Position numbers and translations under genes: made by a program. From the NCBI GenBank assembly GCA_964106915.2, contig OZ066921.1: a DNA stretch of 64,000 nt; one strand, 5' to 3'. Shown piece after piece: positions 1 through 11,500 of this stretch. Positions within the stretch are counted from its first letter, which is position 1. Each line of letters starts with the position of its first letter. The DNA is from Podarcis gaigeae. Lineage: Eukaryota. A model generated the notes under the pieces. It did no database searches. It worked only from the letters and a program-made list of their open reading frames with translations, and was not told the origin of the DNA.

Positions 1-353
1 CTGTTCGGAAGGGTCAGCACAAGAAAGTCTGTCCCTATACTTCAGTGGCTCAGCACATGGAGCAGCCAATTACAGGATTACAGCAACTCCTTTCACCCAT
101 AAGACCGGCTAGACAGGAAATATATGATTTGCATAGGACCACCAACTGAGCTTTGTGATGGGGCATGGATTTGAACTTGGGTTTCCTCAGCCTGAGTCCC
201 AAAATATTTATTCTGTGCTATACTACCTTGGAGACTATTAGTGCACTGTCTGTGTGGTGTGGCTCCACGATTCCCCTAGCAGGATGCCATGCTGCTGTGA
301 TAACATTTAAACCCAGATTCAGGTAGGTAGCCATGTTGGTCTGACGCAGTCGA

Positions 354-358
<5 letters not shown>

Positions 359-412
<54 letters not shown>
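359..412. repeat. (TA)n microsatellite
   Basis: Pure TA run. Confidence 0.98.
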
Positions 413-416
<4 letters not shown>

Positions 417-494
417 TGTCCAGTAGCACCTGAGAGACTAAGTAAGTTTGTTCTGGGTATAAGCTTTCGTGTGCATGCGCACTTCTTTAGATAC

Positions 495-531
495 AATCTG
501 AAGAATTGTGCATGCACACGAAAGCTTATAC
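495..531 (+). ncRNA. Minimal type I hammerhead ribozyme-like motif (PLE type)
   Basis: CTGAAGA (498-504), helix II tgtgc/gcaca, GAAA (520-523), palindromic AAGCTT, then ATAC. Confidence 0.55.
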
Positions 532-2719
532 AGTACCCAGAACAAACTTAGTTAGTCTCTCAGGTGCTACTGCACAATTTTAAAATTTTATTTATTTATT
601 TAAACCCAGAAATCACCATATGGGACAAAGGACCATGGTGGATGTGGCTGTCCTCCTACTGTGCCTTCGAGTGTGCAGGGCTGGTTGAGGAGCTTCCCAC
701 CATGCCACAGAACACTTTCCCCCAAGCTGGTGTCCTCCTTATATCTGGAACTACAGCTCTCATCAGCCCCAGCCACCATAGTCGTCTTCAGTGGGAGTTG
801 TGGTCCAAAACATCTGGAGGGCAGCATGTTGGTGAAGGCTGTGTATGAACTGGCTGTGAGCTGTGGTGATCCAGGAATATTTTATCTCCCCGCAATATGA
901 CTGCATGTGTCTCTTCTTCCACATTTCTCTGGACTGCCACAAATTGGGACATGATATTGGGTTGCTGACAGTCATTTTGGGATGTAGTGCTGAATGGGTT
1001 TTGCTTACTTAGAAATCCTGAGTGGTGGCGGTGGTATTTTGACCTTCCCCCTTCAGGATAAAAGAGGCACTTGACATGTACACAGAGGAGATCTCGTGAT
1101 TCCATGTATTCCACGGCCCCACAGGTCCCTCAGGATCTTTTGTGTGCTGCAAAAGCCCAGAGTGGCCAAGAGACCGTGAAGAAAGGACTGTGGAAATGAG
1201 TTAACAGCTGCCCCTGTGCAGCAAGGAAGTCACAGGTCTGAGCCTGGTTCTCCTGCAAGAACTGGGTCTTGCTCCTTCATTTCCTTACAGACACAGTGGC
1301 TGGTAACTCATGTGATATCACTGTCACAGTGATGGGGAGGGTTCCACAAGTGCACTCGCTGAATTGCCTGTGATGACCACACCTGTTGGTCTGGTGAGTG
1401 CTGATCCCAGTGTAAAGTGGAGGGTTGGGGGCTCATCTCTGACCTCCTGCTGGACTTTGAAAGTCCTTGGAGAATTCTCATTGCTTTCATAAGTCCAAAG
1501 TGAGACGCTGGCCCTCCCTGGGGTGGAGGCATAGGCAGAGGTGGAGGTAACTGCTGGCTGGTTACTAAGCCCAGCCAAAATTTGTGTACCCTTGAAAAAG
1601 GACAATTTTCTAGTAGGTGCTAAATGTTCTGGATTTGTTTCCCTTCCTCAAGCCCTCCTGTAGATTGCACTAGTGGTGGGAGGGCTGTCACCATTCTAAA
1701 TTATGGCACGTATTTCATTCCCACAGATGTGTTGATCTTGTGAAATTGGCATCCTTCTCTCAGCCAGCTCTTGCCTGCTTACAAAGTGTTCCTTTGATTA
1801 AGGAGCGGCAATCCAGCTCGCCGTGGAAAGAGCTGAGCCCCACCCTCTTTCCCAGCGCTCGTCTCGTGCCTGAAGGTGTGCACGTTCCATCAAGTGCAAA
1901 AAGCATTCGGCAGCCCACTCCCCTCTCCCTCTCTCTCTTTTATTGGAAACTGGGTCACTATGCCGTCACCGTTCCTCTGAGTGTTCTTCCAGCCGCCTGC
2001 ATCGATGAAGATGGAGCTTGGCTCCCAGACAGAAAAAGAATATGGATCTGGGGACCGGTAGGGTCTGATGGAAGCCGTGCAGCATATGGGGCAAAGGCCC
2101 AGGGAGCATTTCATGCTCTCTCTCTAAACTGCTCCCTTTCTGCTCTGGAGGCAATTCCCTTTTCCACCCACTGCATTGTGTTGCCAGCAATTCTCTTTTG
2201 GCCCTCAAATGTTGTGAATTAAGCAGACCCCTTAGGTTTAGCTAGCAGAGAACCAAATGAAAATTGCCTTTTCGCTGCTTGCTTCAGATCCCTTTTCCTG
2301 TCTGCCCCACCTAGTCCTGCTTTCGTTGCTGAAGGAGAGTTAGAAGCGTTGAGGATTAGTGGCACCCTGGCTTAGGAATTTCTAAAGGGAAATTGGCTGT
2401 GTCCAATGGGACTGGCAGCAAAATATCAGTCCCCTGCTCTTAAATGAATGTGGTGCAGGTAAGGTAACACTTAACCCTAGTTAACATACCAGGCATATCA
2501 TGAAACCAGGGACTCAGCCAGAGCCTGGATTTGAGGGCTTATGCCTGGAATTGGGACAGAGAGACAGAGTGGGTGTTGCTGGTGTCTCATCTATCCAGTT
2601 TTATCTGAGCCAGCAGATGTAGTTTCAGGGTTGAAGAACCAGGGATGATTCTTCTGGGGGACTTAAACATTCACACCATGGTTACCTTGGTTCAGGGCTT
2701 CATGGCCATCATGGGTGAA

Positions 2720-3370
2720 CCTTAATACATTACTGCTCTATTGCATTTGGTAGTGTGTGTGCTTGATCTGTGGTCTGCTATAGAACATGTGTGGAGTGAT
2801 CTGCTATTAAGTGATCTGCTATCAATTCTTTTGCCATGGTCAGAACAGGGGGTCAGAACACTTGACTTGGTGGCAGCACATCCTTTCTGCAGGATCATTA
2901 TTATGGTCCATTTCTGGAGAATTAGATAATTAGAGGAATTCTTGAATGCTCTGGGGGACATGGCTTCTGGTCTTGCTGAGGCCCTGATAGCACTATGAAA
3001 ATATGAGATGGAGAGGACCATCCATGTGATTGCTCTTAGTGCTGCAGAGCCTGTGAGGCTCTTTGGTCTTATGGGGAACAGTTAGCCAGTGAAGCAGGCT
3101 GGGCGATGGCTGGTGTGCAAGTTCTGCAAGTTACGGAGGAAAAATGATGAAATACAAATGAGAACAGGACATGGTTGTGCTTTCCATGTGGTAGTGAGGG
3201 CAGCAAAAAAAACTTATTTTGCCGCCTCATTTTGCATCCTTAAGGAGTTGTCCAGCAGAGTTGTTTTGAGTTTGTATTAAATGTAAAGATGCTATCCCAG
3301 GGAAGAGGGGGGTGGGCCCCTCTGTCTCTTGCTATGACAAATTTGCAAAGCATTTTGAGGATAAAGTTGT
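2720..3370 (+). mobile_element. Degenerate LINE (L2-like) fragment
   Basis: Broken ORF2-like segments resembling lizard L2 elements; recall only, boundaries approximate. Confidence 0.35.
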
Positions 3371-5119
3371 TCCTGTCAGCTCAAAACGAAGAGATGGCTG
3401 GACCAACTTCTCTTTCCCATTTTAGAACCAGCTCTATGACTTGAAAATCATTGATTGGTACTTGGAATTAAGCAGACATTTCTGTAATTAGAGCTAATGT
3501 ATTTATTTTTTCAGGAGCTATAGATTTGGTGTGTTAAAGGGAATTTTGTTCCCGTCCCCCACTGAAATCATTGTGATGAAAGGTAGTTAATAAATATTTT
3601 AACTAAATAATATAGTGAAATAGAAGCAAGACTAGCTTCAGTCTAGAGAACCGGGAGAGGTGAGGGAACTGCTGTAACTGCGATTTGCTCAGTTCAGGTA
3701 TTATACAGAGTTAACATACATTACATTTGCAAGCACACTTCAAGCTATGGAAGCCTGTACCCAGGTTTGTGACCAACTCTTGGCTCTCTCTCAGGTATTG
3801 AGATGTAACACTGAACCATTTTTAAGGGGAAACAAGCAATTTTTTTTTAAAAAAGGTGTTTTATTATTGAGTCTGCTGTTTTTACTACTGTATTCTAGTG
3901 ATACTAGTGGTTTTTAATAGTGCTGTGTCTTTCTAGTGCTCTGTTTTACAGTTCTGTTAGTGTAAATTGCTTTGGAAACTAGTTTGAAAAGAGGGCTCTA
4001 TAAATAACTTAAAATAATAATAAACAAATAAGCATGGGGGTCTGCAAGGGCCATGGAAACATCAAGCAAAATTGGTTCTTTAGGTGAATCTAGCCACTTC
4101 TTTCAGTTTCCTAAGTACATCTAAAATACCTCCATCCACACTGTGTCCACACTGGTTGTATAAAGAATATGCACCACAGCAGCTGCACAATGGCACATTT
4201 TTCTCTCTAATCTGTCTGATTGCACAGAAATGCACAGCACAGTGGCTGCCTCTGCTTCTGTGAATCTGGAAGGGGGATGGGTGGGATGCTAAGCCATCTG
4301 CATTCATCATGGAGGAGGGGGAATGCCCTGATTGGCAGGCAGTGGCTCAGTGATCGACAGATGTTATCTGAATTGCTGGCTGGCACAGGGCTGGCCTTTC
4401 TCATCACCCAACCAAGGAGAAAAGTCCTTTAAAAAATACTTTGGTAAATAAAAAATTTTAGGCCATAATATAGCTGCTACTTTCAGTTTCTGCAAGTGTT
4501 ACATGAAACATGCTAGCCTCGTGAAGCTATGGCCAAGCTTTTGAACAAGCTACATTTAATAATAACACAGTCTGACTCAGTGAGACCACCCCTTCCAAAT
4601 TCCTGGTGCTCATTGGCAGGGAGAGCAGTAGTAGGTGAAACCAGAGCCAACAAATTCCAGTTTTGTCCCCATCTCCCTCCCTGTTGAGTTCTTCCAGGGG
4701 TGGCCCTGAGACCCATGAGGAGTAAACTGACTGGCAGGTGGGGGCTGGACAAGGGTAGATTGATAGATTGAGACTATTGAGCCAGTGCATCATTCACCCT
4801 AATGCACTAGCCTCCACTGCTTCATCAAATATCTCCCTTTTCTACCTGTGCCAGAACCCCAAGCCAGCTCACGAGACAAAATAATATCTGTTAACAGACA
4901 GATGAAATGTAAAGCTTTTATACCAGTTAAAACAAAGATAAGATCAACCAATGAGCTGCAATTAAACCAGTCAGAAAGCTCATCTCTCTCCTTTCTGCAC
5001 CTTCCTCAGCACCTAAGGTGAGCTGGTTATCTGGCTGCCTGAGGCCAATGGCTTACCTTGACATGCAGCAGGGCCATCTGGCCTTGACCATGCACTCTCA
5101 CTCCAAAGTGTTTCCTTGC

Positions 5120-5305
5120 CATAGAAGCTGCCTTACATCAAGTCAGACCCTTGGTCCACCTAGCTCAGTATGGTCTACAATGATCGGCTGCTCCACAGGG
5201 TTTCAGACTGAGGACATTTCCTAGTTCTACCTGGAGATGCCATGGGCCATTGAACCTGGGACCTTCTGCGGGCAAGGCAGTTGCTCTACCACTGTGCTAC
5301 AGCCC
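5120..5305 (-). mobile_element. Old tRNA-derived squamate SINE
   Basis: Reverse-complement similarity to the 9836-10030 copy. Confidence 0.6.
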
Positions 5306-5390
5306 TTCTTCCCTCAGTAGTTTCACTGCATCTGACATGGTGCTCTGCCAAATGAAACGACTGCTTCAAGGCTGTGGTCTTCTCTTCCAG

Positions 5391-5557
5391 ATCTCTGACA
5401 TCTACATCAGTGGAGAGTCGGGAGACATGTCCGCCAAAGAAAAGCTCCTTCTATGGACGCAGAAGGTGACGGCGGGCTATGTGGGAGTGAAGTGCACCAA
5501 CTTCTCATCCTGCTGGAGTGATGGAAAGATGTTCAATGCTATTATTCACAGATACAG
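5391..5557 (+). CDS. MACF1: MACF1 exon, CH2 domain start ([11 protein letters not shown]...NAIIHRYR)
   Basis: ttccag|ATC ... TACAG|gtacgt; phase 0>2. Confidence 0.95.
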
Positions 5558-8500
5558 GTACGTGTCTGTTTTCCCTGCCCAGCTAGGAGGGCAACCTGGA
5601 AAAATGGGAAAACTTCTAAAGCTAAAATGAAATCATGTGCAGATGCTAAATGCTCAAATTCTGCGGTTTGAGTCCCAAATACTGAGATTTCTTACTTTAA
5701 ATTCTGAAATCTGATTTTGAATACACTTAGAATGTGTTTATCTGTAGCAGAAGTTTCTGATAACAGCAGTCTGCAAATGTGGAATCACATTTTTTTTCCT
5801 GTCTTCTGCAGGCCAGATTTAGTGGATATGGAAAGAGTTCAGATTCAGAGCAGCCGAGATAATCTGGAACAGGCCTTCGAGATTGCAGAGCGGCTTGGGG
5901 TCACCAGGTTGCTGGATGCAGAAGGTGATGATGGGGCAAGTCAGCTGGGCAAATGCACTGACTTTTGAGCAGTAGACATGGCATTCTGTTGATGCTTCAC
6001 TATACAACCTGGCTGCCTCTGAGTAAACTCCACATGCTGGCCTGCTTCTTATGGTTTCATGGCCAGCCTAATGTTTACTCAGTTGATTCTGATACTTTTC
6101 TGAACAAATAAATATAAAGTTTGGGGTGCTGGTGGTGGGAAATCTACCATTTTTTGCTGGTCAGTCTTATAGTCGGCAGCCTCCTGTCCATCTCCTTCCA
6201 AGCCCCCATCCATCTTTTCCTTGGAAAGGAATATGCTGTACTGGGTGCTGCTAGCCAAAGGTGCCTGTGGTACTTTCACCCAACAGCATTCAAGATACAA
6301 GCACAATGCCCTATCAGAGGGAAGGGTTGGCAGGAAAGAGAGTATTTTCCCACTCTGAAGCATGAAATGTTGGTGGGCAGGTGTGGGGTTGCTAGATTGG
6401 TTTCGCCTTGGTTGCACAGCAGCCAAACAACCCTTAGCTCTCCTCCCAGATTTGAGCCAGGGAGGTGGCAAGGAATGCTGCACACACATCAGGTGTTCCA
6501 CACTCACCTCTGCAACTTCAGTGTTGTCAGGGGTAAGGCCTGCTGCTGATCATGCTTGCCAGTGAGCTATGCTTGCCAGTTACCCTTGCCATGGCAAGCA
6601 GAATGGTTGAAACTTGATTAGGATAGGGCACAATTGTTGTTGTTTAGCACTGTTCTGTGTATGTTGTGCTTTTAAGGAGTTGCATAAGTTAAAGGACAGG
6701 TAGCTGCCTGCAGAGGAGCTCACAGCCTAATTTTTTTACAGTGGAGTGAAGGTAGGAAATGGAGGGAGGAGGAGGCACAGGAACAGCAGAGAGGATCGAA
6801 TCATGTAGGACCTCTAGAAACACTGTCAGGCATCTATTTATTTTACTGATTTGAATAAATAAATAGATTTGCACTGATTAATCAAGTAAGGCTTCTGCTT
6901 AAGATTCATGTCAGATCTGAAGCTCTCTCTTAGAGTTGATTTAAACATTCAGCAGAATTTCATGCTGCTGCTTTCCTTGGGTTGCGTGTTTATCTGTTCT
7001 GCTCTCTGTGTATGCAGGATGTGTGTTTGCGTGTGTGTGTGTGTGTGGTTTATGCAAAAATGTATACGCTCCTTTTTGCTTCAAAAAGGGCTGCTCAAAG
7101 TGGCTTACAGAATATAAAAACGAGCATAGAAATGATTAAAGCACACTTAGCAGACTAAAGGCAGCATCAAAGAGGAAAAGCACAGAGCCAAAACTAAAAA
7201 TAAATAAATTTAAATTAGGCTCTCTTCATTCAGAAAATCAGAGTGCCAGGGAAGATGAATTCTAGGCTAGCTTGTTTTCATTGTGCAAGGAGTATTCTCT
7301 CCTCCACAGTAGAGCTTTGAAACCTTTAATCACACACATATGTGAATATTGAAGTTGTACAGTCCAGGAAAATCTTTATGTGGTTTGGCTCTTGGGATGT
7401 ATTTTTATGAATAGGAACACAAAGCTACCTTTCATGCTTCAGTTCTTCTTTTCAGTCCACCCATTTGACTGCTTCATTCTTTCCCCTTTCTTCTAGATGT
7501 GGATGTTCCCTCACCAGATGAAAAGTCTGTGATAACTTATGTGTCTTCAATTTACGATGCCTTTCCCAAAGTTCCAGAGGGAGGAGAAGGCATAAGTGCC
7601 ACTGTAAGCTTTGCTGCTGCTTTTTCATTCTGATGAGACCATCAAGGCACATGAATGGCTTTTGGAATGGGCCATTCCAAAATGTTTTGGAAATTGCTCT
7701 CAGGAAATGGATAATGTGCATATGTTGACTTGGATGCGCGGGTGGGCAATTAGCTGGGGGAAAAACAGGAACCTTGACTAATCAAAATTTGGACAAGGTG
7801 CTTCTACAGTATTGGGAGGAATGCTTCAGAAATCCATACCATACCGTTATATGCCCAACCAAAATGTCACAAAGTTGAGTGCAAGCTTTTGGGTTCTCCA
7901 GAACTATTTATAATGCTTGATGGTAAACAAAGAGGGAAAGAGGTGGAGAAAAATGCATATATTTGATGGTGAAGCCCTCTCAGTCTGCATCTTGTAAGAG
8001 TTAAATTGGAGTGAGGGGTGAAGTAGCAGACAGTCAGCTGAGGCTGCACCTGCTATTTAGGTATCAGGTACTGAGGCCCCTTGCGTAGCAAAAAAAGATA
8101 GACTGTGGCTGTTCTGCTACCTGTGTAAGTTGAAACACCATTACCTAGGTCTGTCCTTTATCCTTATGGGAAACACACAGGTTCCTTCAGAGGCAGACAA
8201 CACAGAAGCTAGGTGGGCTTGTATTGACAAAAGTTGAGGTTGGTGGTTTGCTCCATTACAAGAAGAAGAAGTCAATAGAAACCCAATCAGGTAGCCACAC
8301 CTAGCAGTTGAAGTGGATGTTCCCCCTGAGAATAAAGTTCCATCTTCAGGTGGCATAAAATCCTCTCTCTTCAGATCAGGATCCTATTCCTGAATGGATG
8401 TGTAGCTCTGAAAAAGCATCACAAAAAGGGGAAGTGGTTGTCCTTTTACTGCAAAAGGCCGGACAAAGACTTGCAAAGCTTTAAACTAAAGGAGTGGCCA

Positions 8501-11500
8501 TTCCTGGAGACCTGGGACTTGATGGCCCTGTTGCTGGGCTCTCTGAGACCTTGATCCATGCCAAATTGGATGGACACCATCTCTGGCAGCAAGCTGGGTG
8601 TTACCCTGATACAGTATTCTGAGACTCAGCGGAAAGCATGCACCTTCATGTCTCGTCCTTTCTCCAATTTGGCTTAATATTTTGTCTACTGTTCGTTTAG
8701 AGCAGTTACTTCCTAATCATTTATCTCACATAAAAGGCTGTTCTTTCCCTCTCTTTCTGTAGGAGGTGGACACAAGGTGGTTAGAATACCAGAACCATAT
8801 AGATTCTCTCATCTCCTGGATCAAGCAGCACACGATAATGATGTCTGACAAATCTTTTCCCCAGAACCCTGTAGAGCTCAAGGTAAACTTCAGATCCATT
8901 TTCTCTAGCCATGCCTTGTATGCTTCCTTATGTGAGCCCCCCACTCTGCTCTTCACTGAATGATTATTGTTATCTTTCCTCAAAATCTAAATCAGAATAT
9001 TTATTGGTATGTGCATGGGGCAAATCATAGCTCAGGTTCGGTTCATACAATCCCTGAACTGACTTCCAATGATAAGCTTAGCGACTAAGGTACAAAGAGC
9101 CACTAATCCCCAAAAGATCAGAGAGATTCTCTCTTCCTCTCAGCCTGTGTCATCTGTAGCAATCTTATAATTTCTATTGTGTGTGGAGGTCACACTTGTG
9201 GAGAAATGGTCTCACTGGTGAATGATCCAGAACTGACACTGCAAATCTCTTGCTCATGTAGACAGTAGTTACTAGTGTAGGACAGGTGCCCTTGGGACTC
9301 CCCCATGTGCCATCTGTGTGTCTTTCTCAACTGCCTGGTTGGAATGTGCCCTTGGATTATGATAATGCCTTTTCCTTGTCTGGGTGGAGAACAGAGGGGT
9401 GTTTGTGTGCCTGGCTTTTAAGTTCTTTACCAAAGGTGTCATGGGCTTTGAAGACACTCGTACTCAGGACACAAGGGAGAAATGTGCTAGGCGGAAGGCA
9501 TGCTTGGCAAATCCAAACCGTGATCAGCTCCCGCCTGGAGACCAATGTTCCCACTGTGGAAGGACGTGTGGATCCAGAATTGGCCTCCACAGTCACTTAC
9601 AGACTCATTGTTAAAACCGTGTTTATGGAAGACACTAAAAGATGATGATACATGTTGCTCCACCTGTTTTTCCTTCTAGACCAACCCCCTAGTGGCATGT
9701 GTCCACTATAAGGTTATCTCATAAAGCGACCCTTGGGCTGAAAAAGGCTCCCTGTCCACATAGTGCAGAGTACAGTGATCTGAAAGCAAATACTAGGAGC
9801 ATGCTAGGTGTATGTGGATCAGAAGGCTGGAAAGAAGGGGACATAGCTCATGAATTAGAACATCTGCTTCGTATGCAGAAGGTCTCAGGTTCAATCCCCA
9901 GCAGTATCTCCAGGTAGGGCTGGGAAAGACTGCCTGTTTGTGACCCTGGAGAGTCACTGCCAATCAACATAGAGGTTACTGCACTAGATGAACTGATTGT
10001 CTGACTTGCTGTAAGGAAGCTTTCTGTGTTTCTAGCTGCAGATGACTCAAGTGAGTGAGCCAAGTCAGGGCAAAACAGTTAACCAGTCTATTGAGGAGAC
10101 AGATAATGTTGATCACTTTGGAACCCAGATCTTGGCAAGATCTGTCCACTAAGGCTCCCCAGGGATTGCGGTCCACCTTGCATCTCTGTTGAGACTAATG
10201 ACAAAGACCCAGGCAGCACTGAGCATCTCTCCCAGTTTCCTTCCATTTCTTTTTGCCTTCTGTCTGTTCATTCTTCAGGGATACTCTGTGGGTGAGGATG
10301 GGGCACCTCTCCCCCCCTATACTGTAAGGGCTAATAGATGCTGCATATTTCCCCCACTTCCATGAGTAAAGTGATTTGCTGCATGATGACCCTTTTGCTC
10401 TCTATTCTTGCAGGCACTTTATAACCAGTACATACACTTCAAAGAAACAGAGATCCCAGCAAAACAGCAAGAAAAGCGAAGCATTGAGGATCTGTATAAA
10501 CTACTGGAGGTGAGACAGGTTCTTGGATGAACAGGCAGTTCTTTTAAACATTAGAAAGAGTTTGGTGGACTTTAGTCACATTTGTTCAGCTTGTGTTTAT
10601 TCTTCAGCAGCCTACCCAGCCTTCTTCATATATCTCTTTGGTTTTTGTCCTTCCTAGTCCCAACCTCATTCTTAAAAAAAATTGTTGTTTGTTCCTTGGT
10701 CATATAGTTTCTTAGCCATTGTCGCATCTCCCTTATTTGCTAGAGTCAGGGGAAGACTATCACAGTAGGAAATTACCTAGGCTCATATCTTTATTTTATT
10801 TATTACATTAATATCCCTCCTTTTCCACCAAGGGGCTCAGGGTGGCATATATGGTTCTCCCCTCCCTGCTCCCCATTTTATCCTCACAACTGTGGTAGAT
10901 TAAAATGAGAGGCATAGACTTCCCCAAGCTCATCCAGTGTGAGCTTTGTGACTGAGTGGGGATTTGAACTTGAGCCTCCCTGGTGATAGTTCAGCACTCT
11001 AACCACTACACTGTACCACGTTGGCTCTCATCTTGGCTTGTGCTTGGGCACGGGTAGAGTGAGTCCACAAAGGCCAGTCTCTGGGCCTGAAGAAACAGTT
11101 CCTCTCCATTTGTGCTTTCCAGACCTGGATTGAATTTGGGCGCCTTAAGCTGCCGCAGGGCTATCACCCCAATGACGTGGAGGAAGAATGGGGCAAGCTC
11201 ATCATAGAAATGCTGGAACGTGAGAAGTTGCTGCGGCCAGCTGTGGAAAGGTAGGTGGTGAACTGTTGAACGGAATGACTAAGAACACCCTTTCCCTGCC
11301 AGCTGGCAATGAAGTCCTTTGTGATGTAGAAAGTAGCATTAAAAACAATTAAACAGATGTCATAATCAATGGTATATAAAACATCAATTCTAATGAATAA
11401 ATATTCCACTTTTAAAAGTTTTTTTCTGGCTTTCTGTTTTAATTCTGGTGACTGACACACTTCCTACAGGTTGGAGCTGCTGCTACAGATTGCAAACAAA

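Larger units (their letters stand above)
318..597. mobile_element. Penelope-like retroelement remnant with inverted repeat and hammerhead motifs
   Basis: Inverted arms about 418-494 and 497-575; flanking direct repeat ATTTAAACCCAGA at 305-317 and 598-610; CTGAAGA-stem-GAAAGCTT motif. Confidence 0.75.

Noticed and set aside
9384-9614. Small zinc-finger gene
   Set aside because: The motif is the C-terminus of an RTE-type LINE ORF, 5'-truncated and without splice context.
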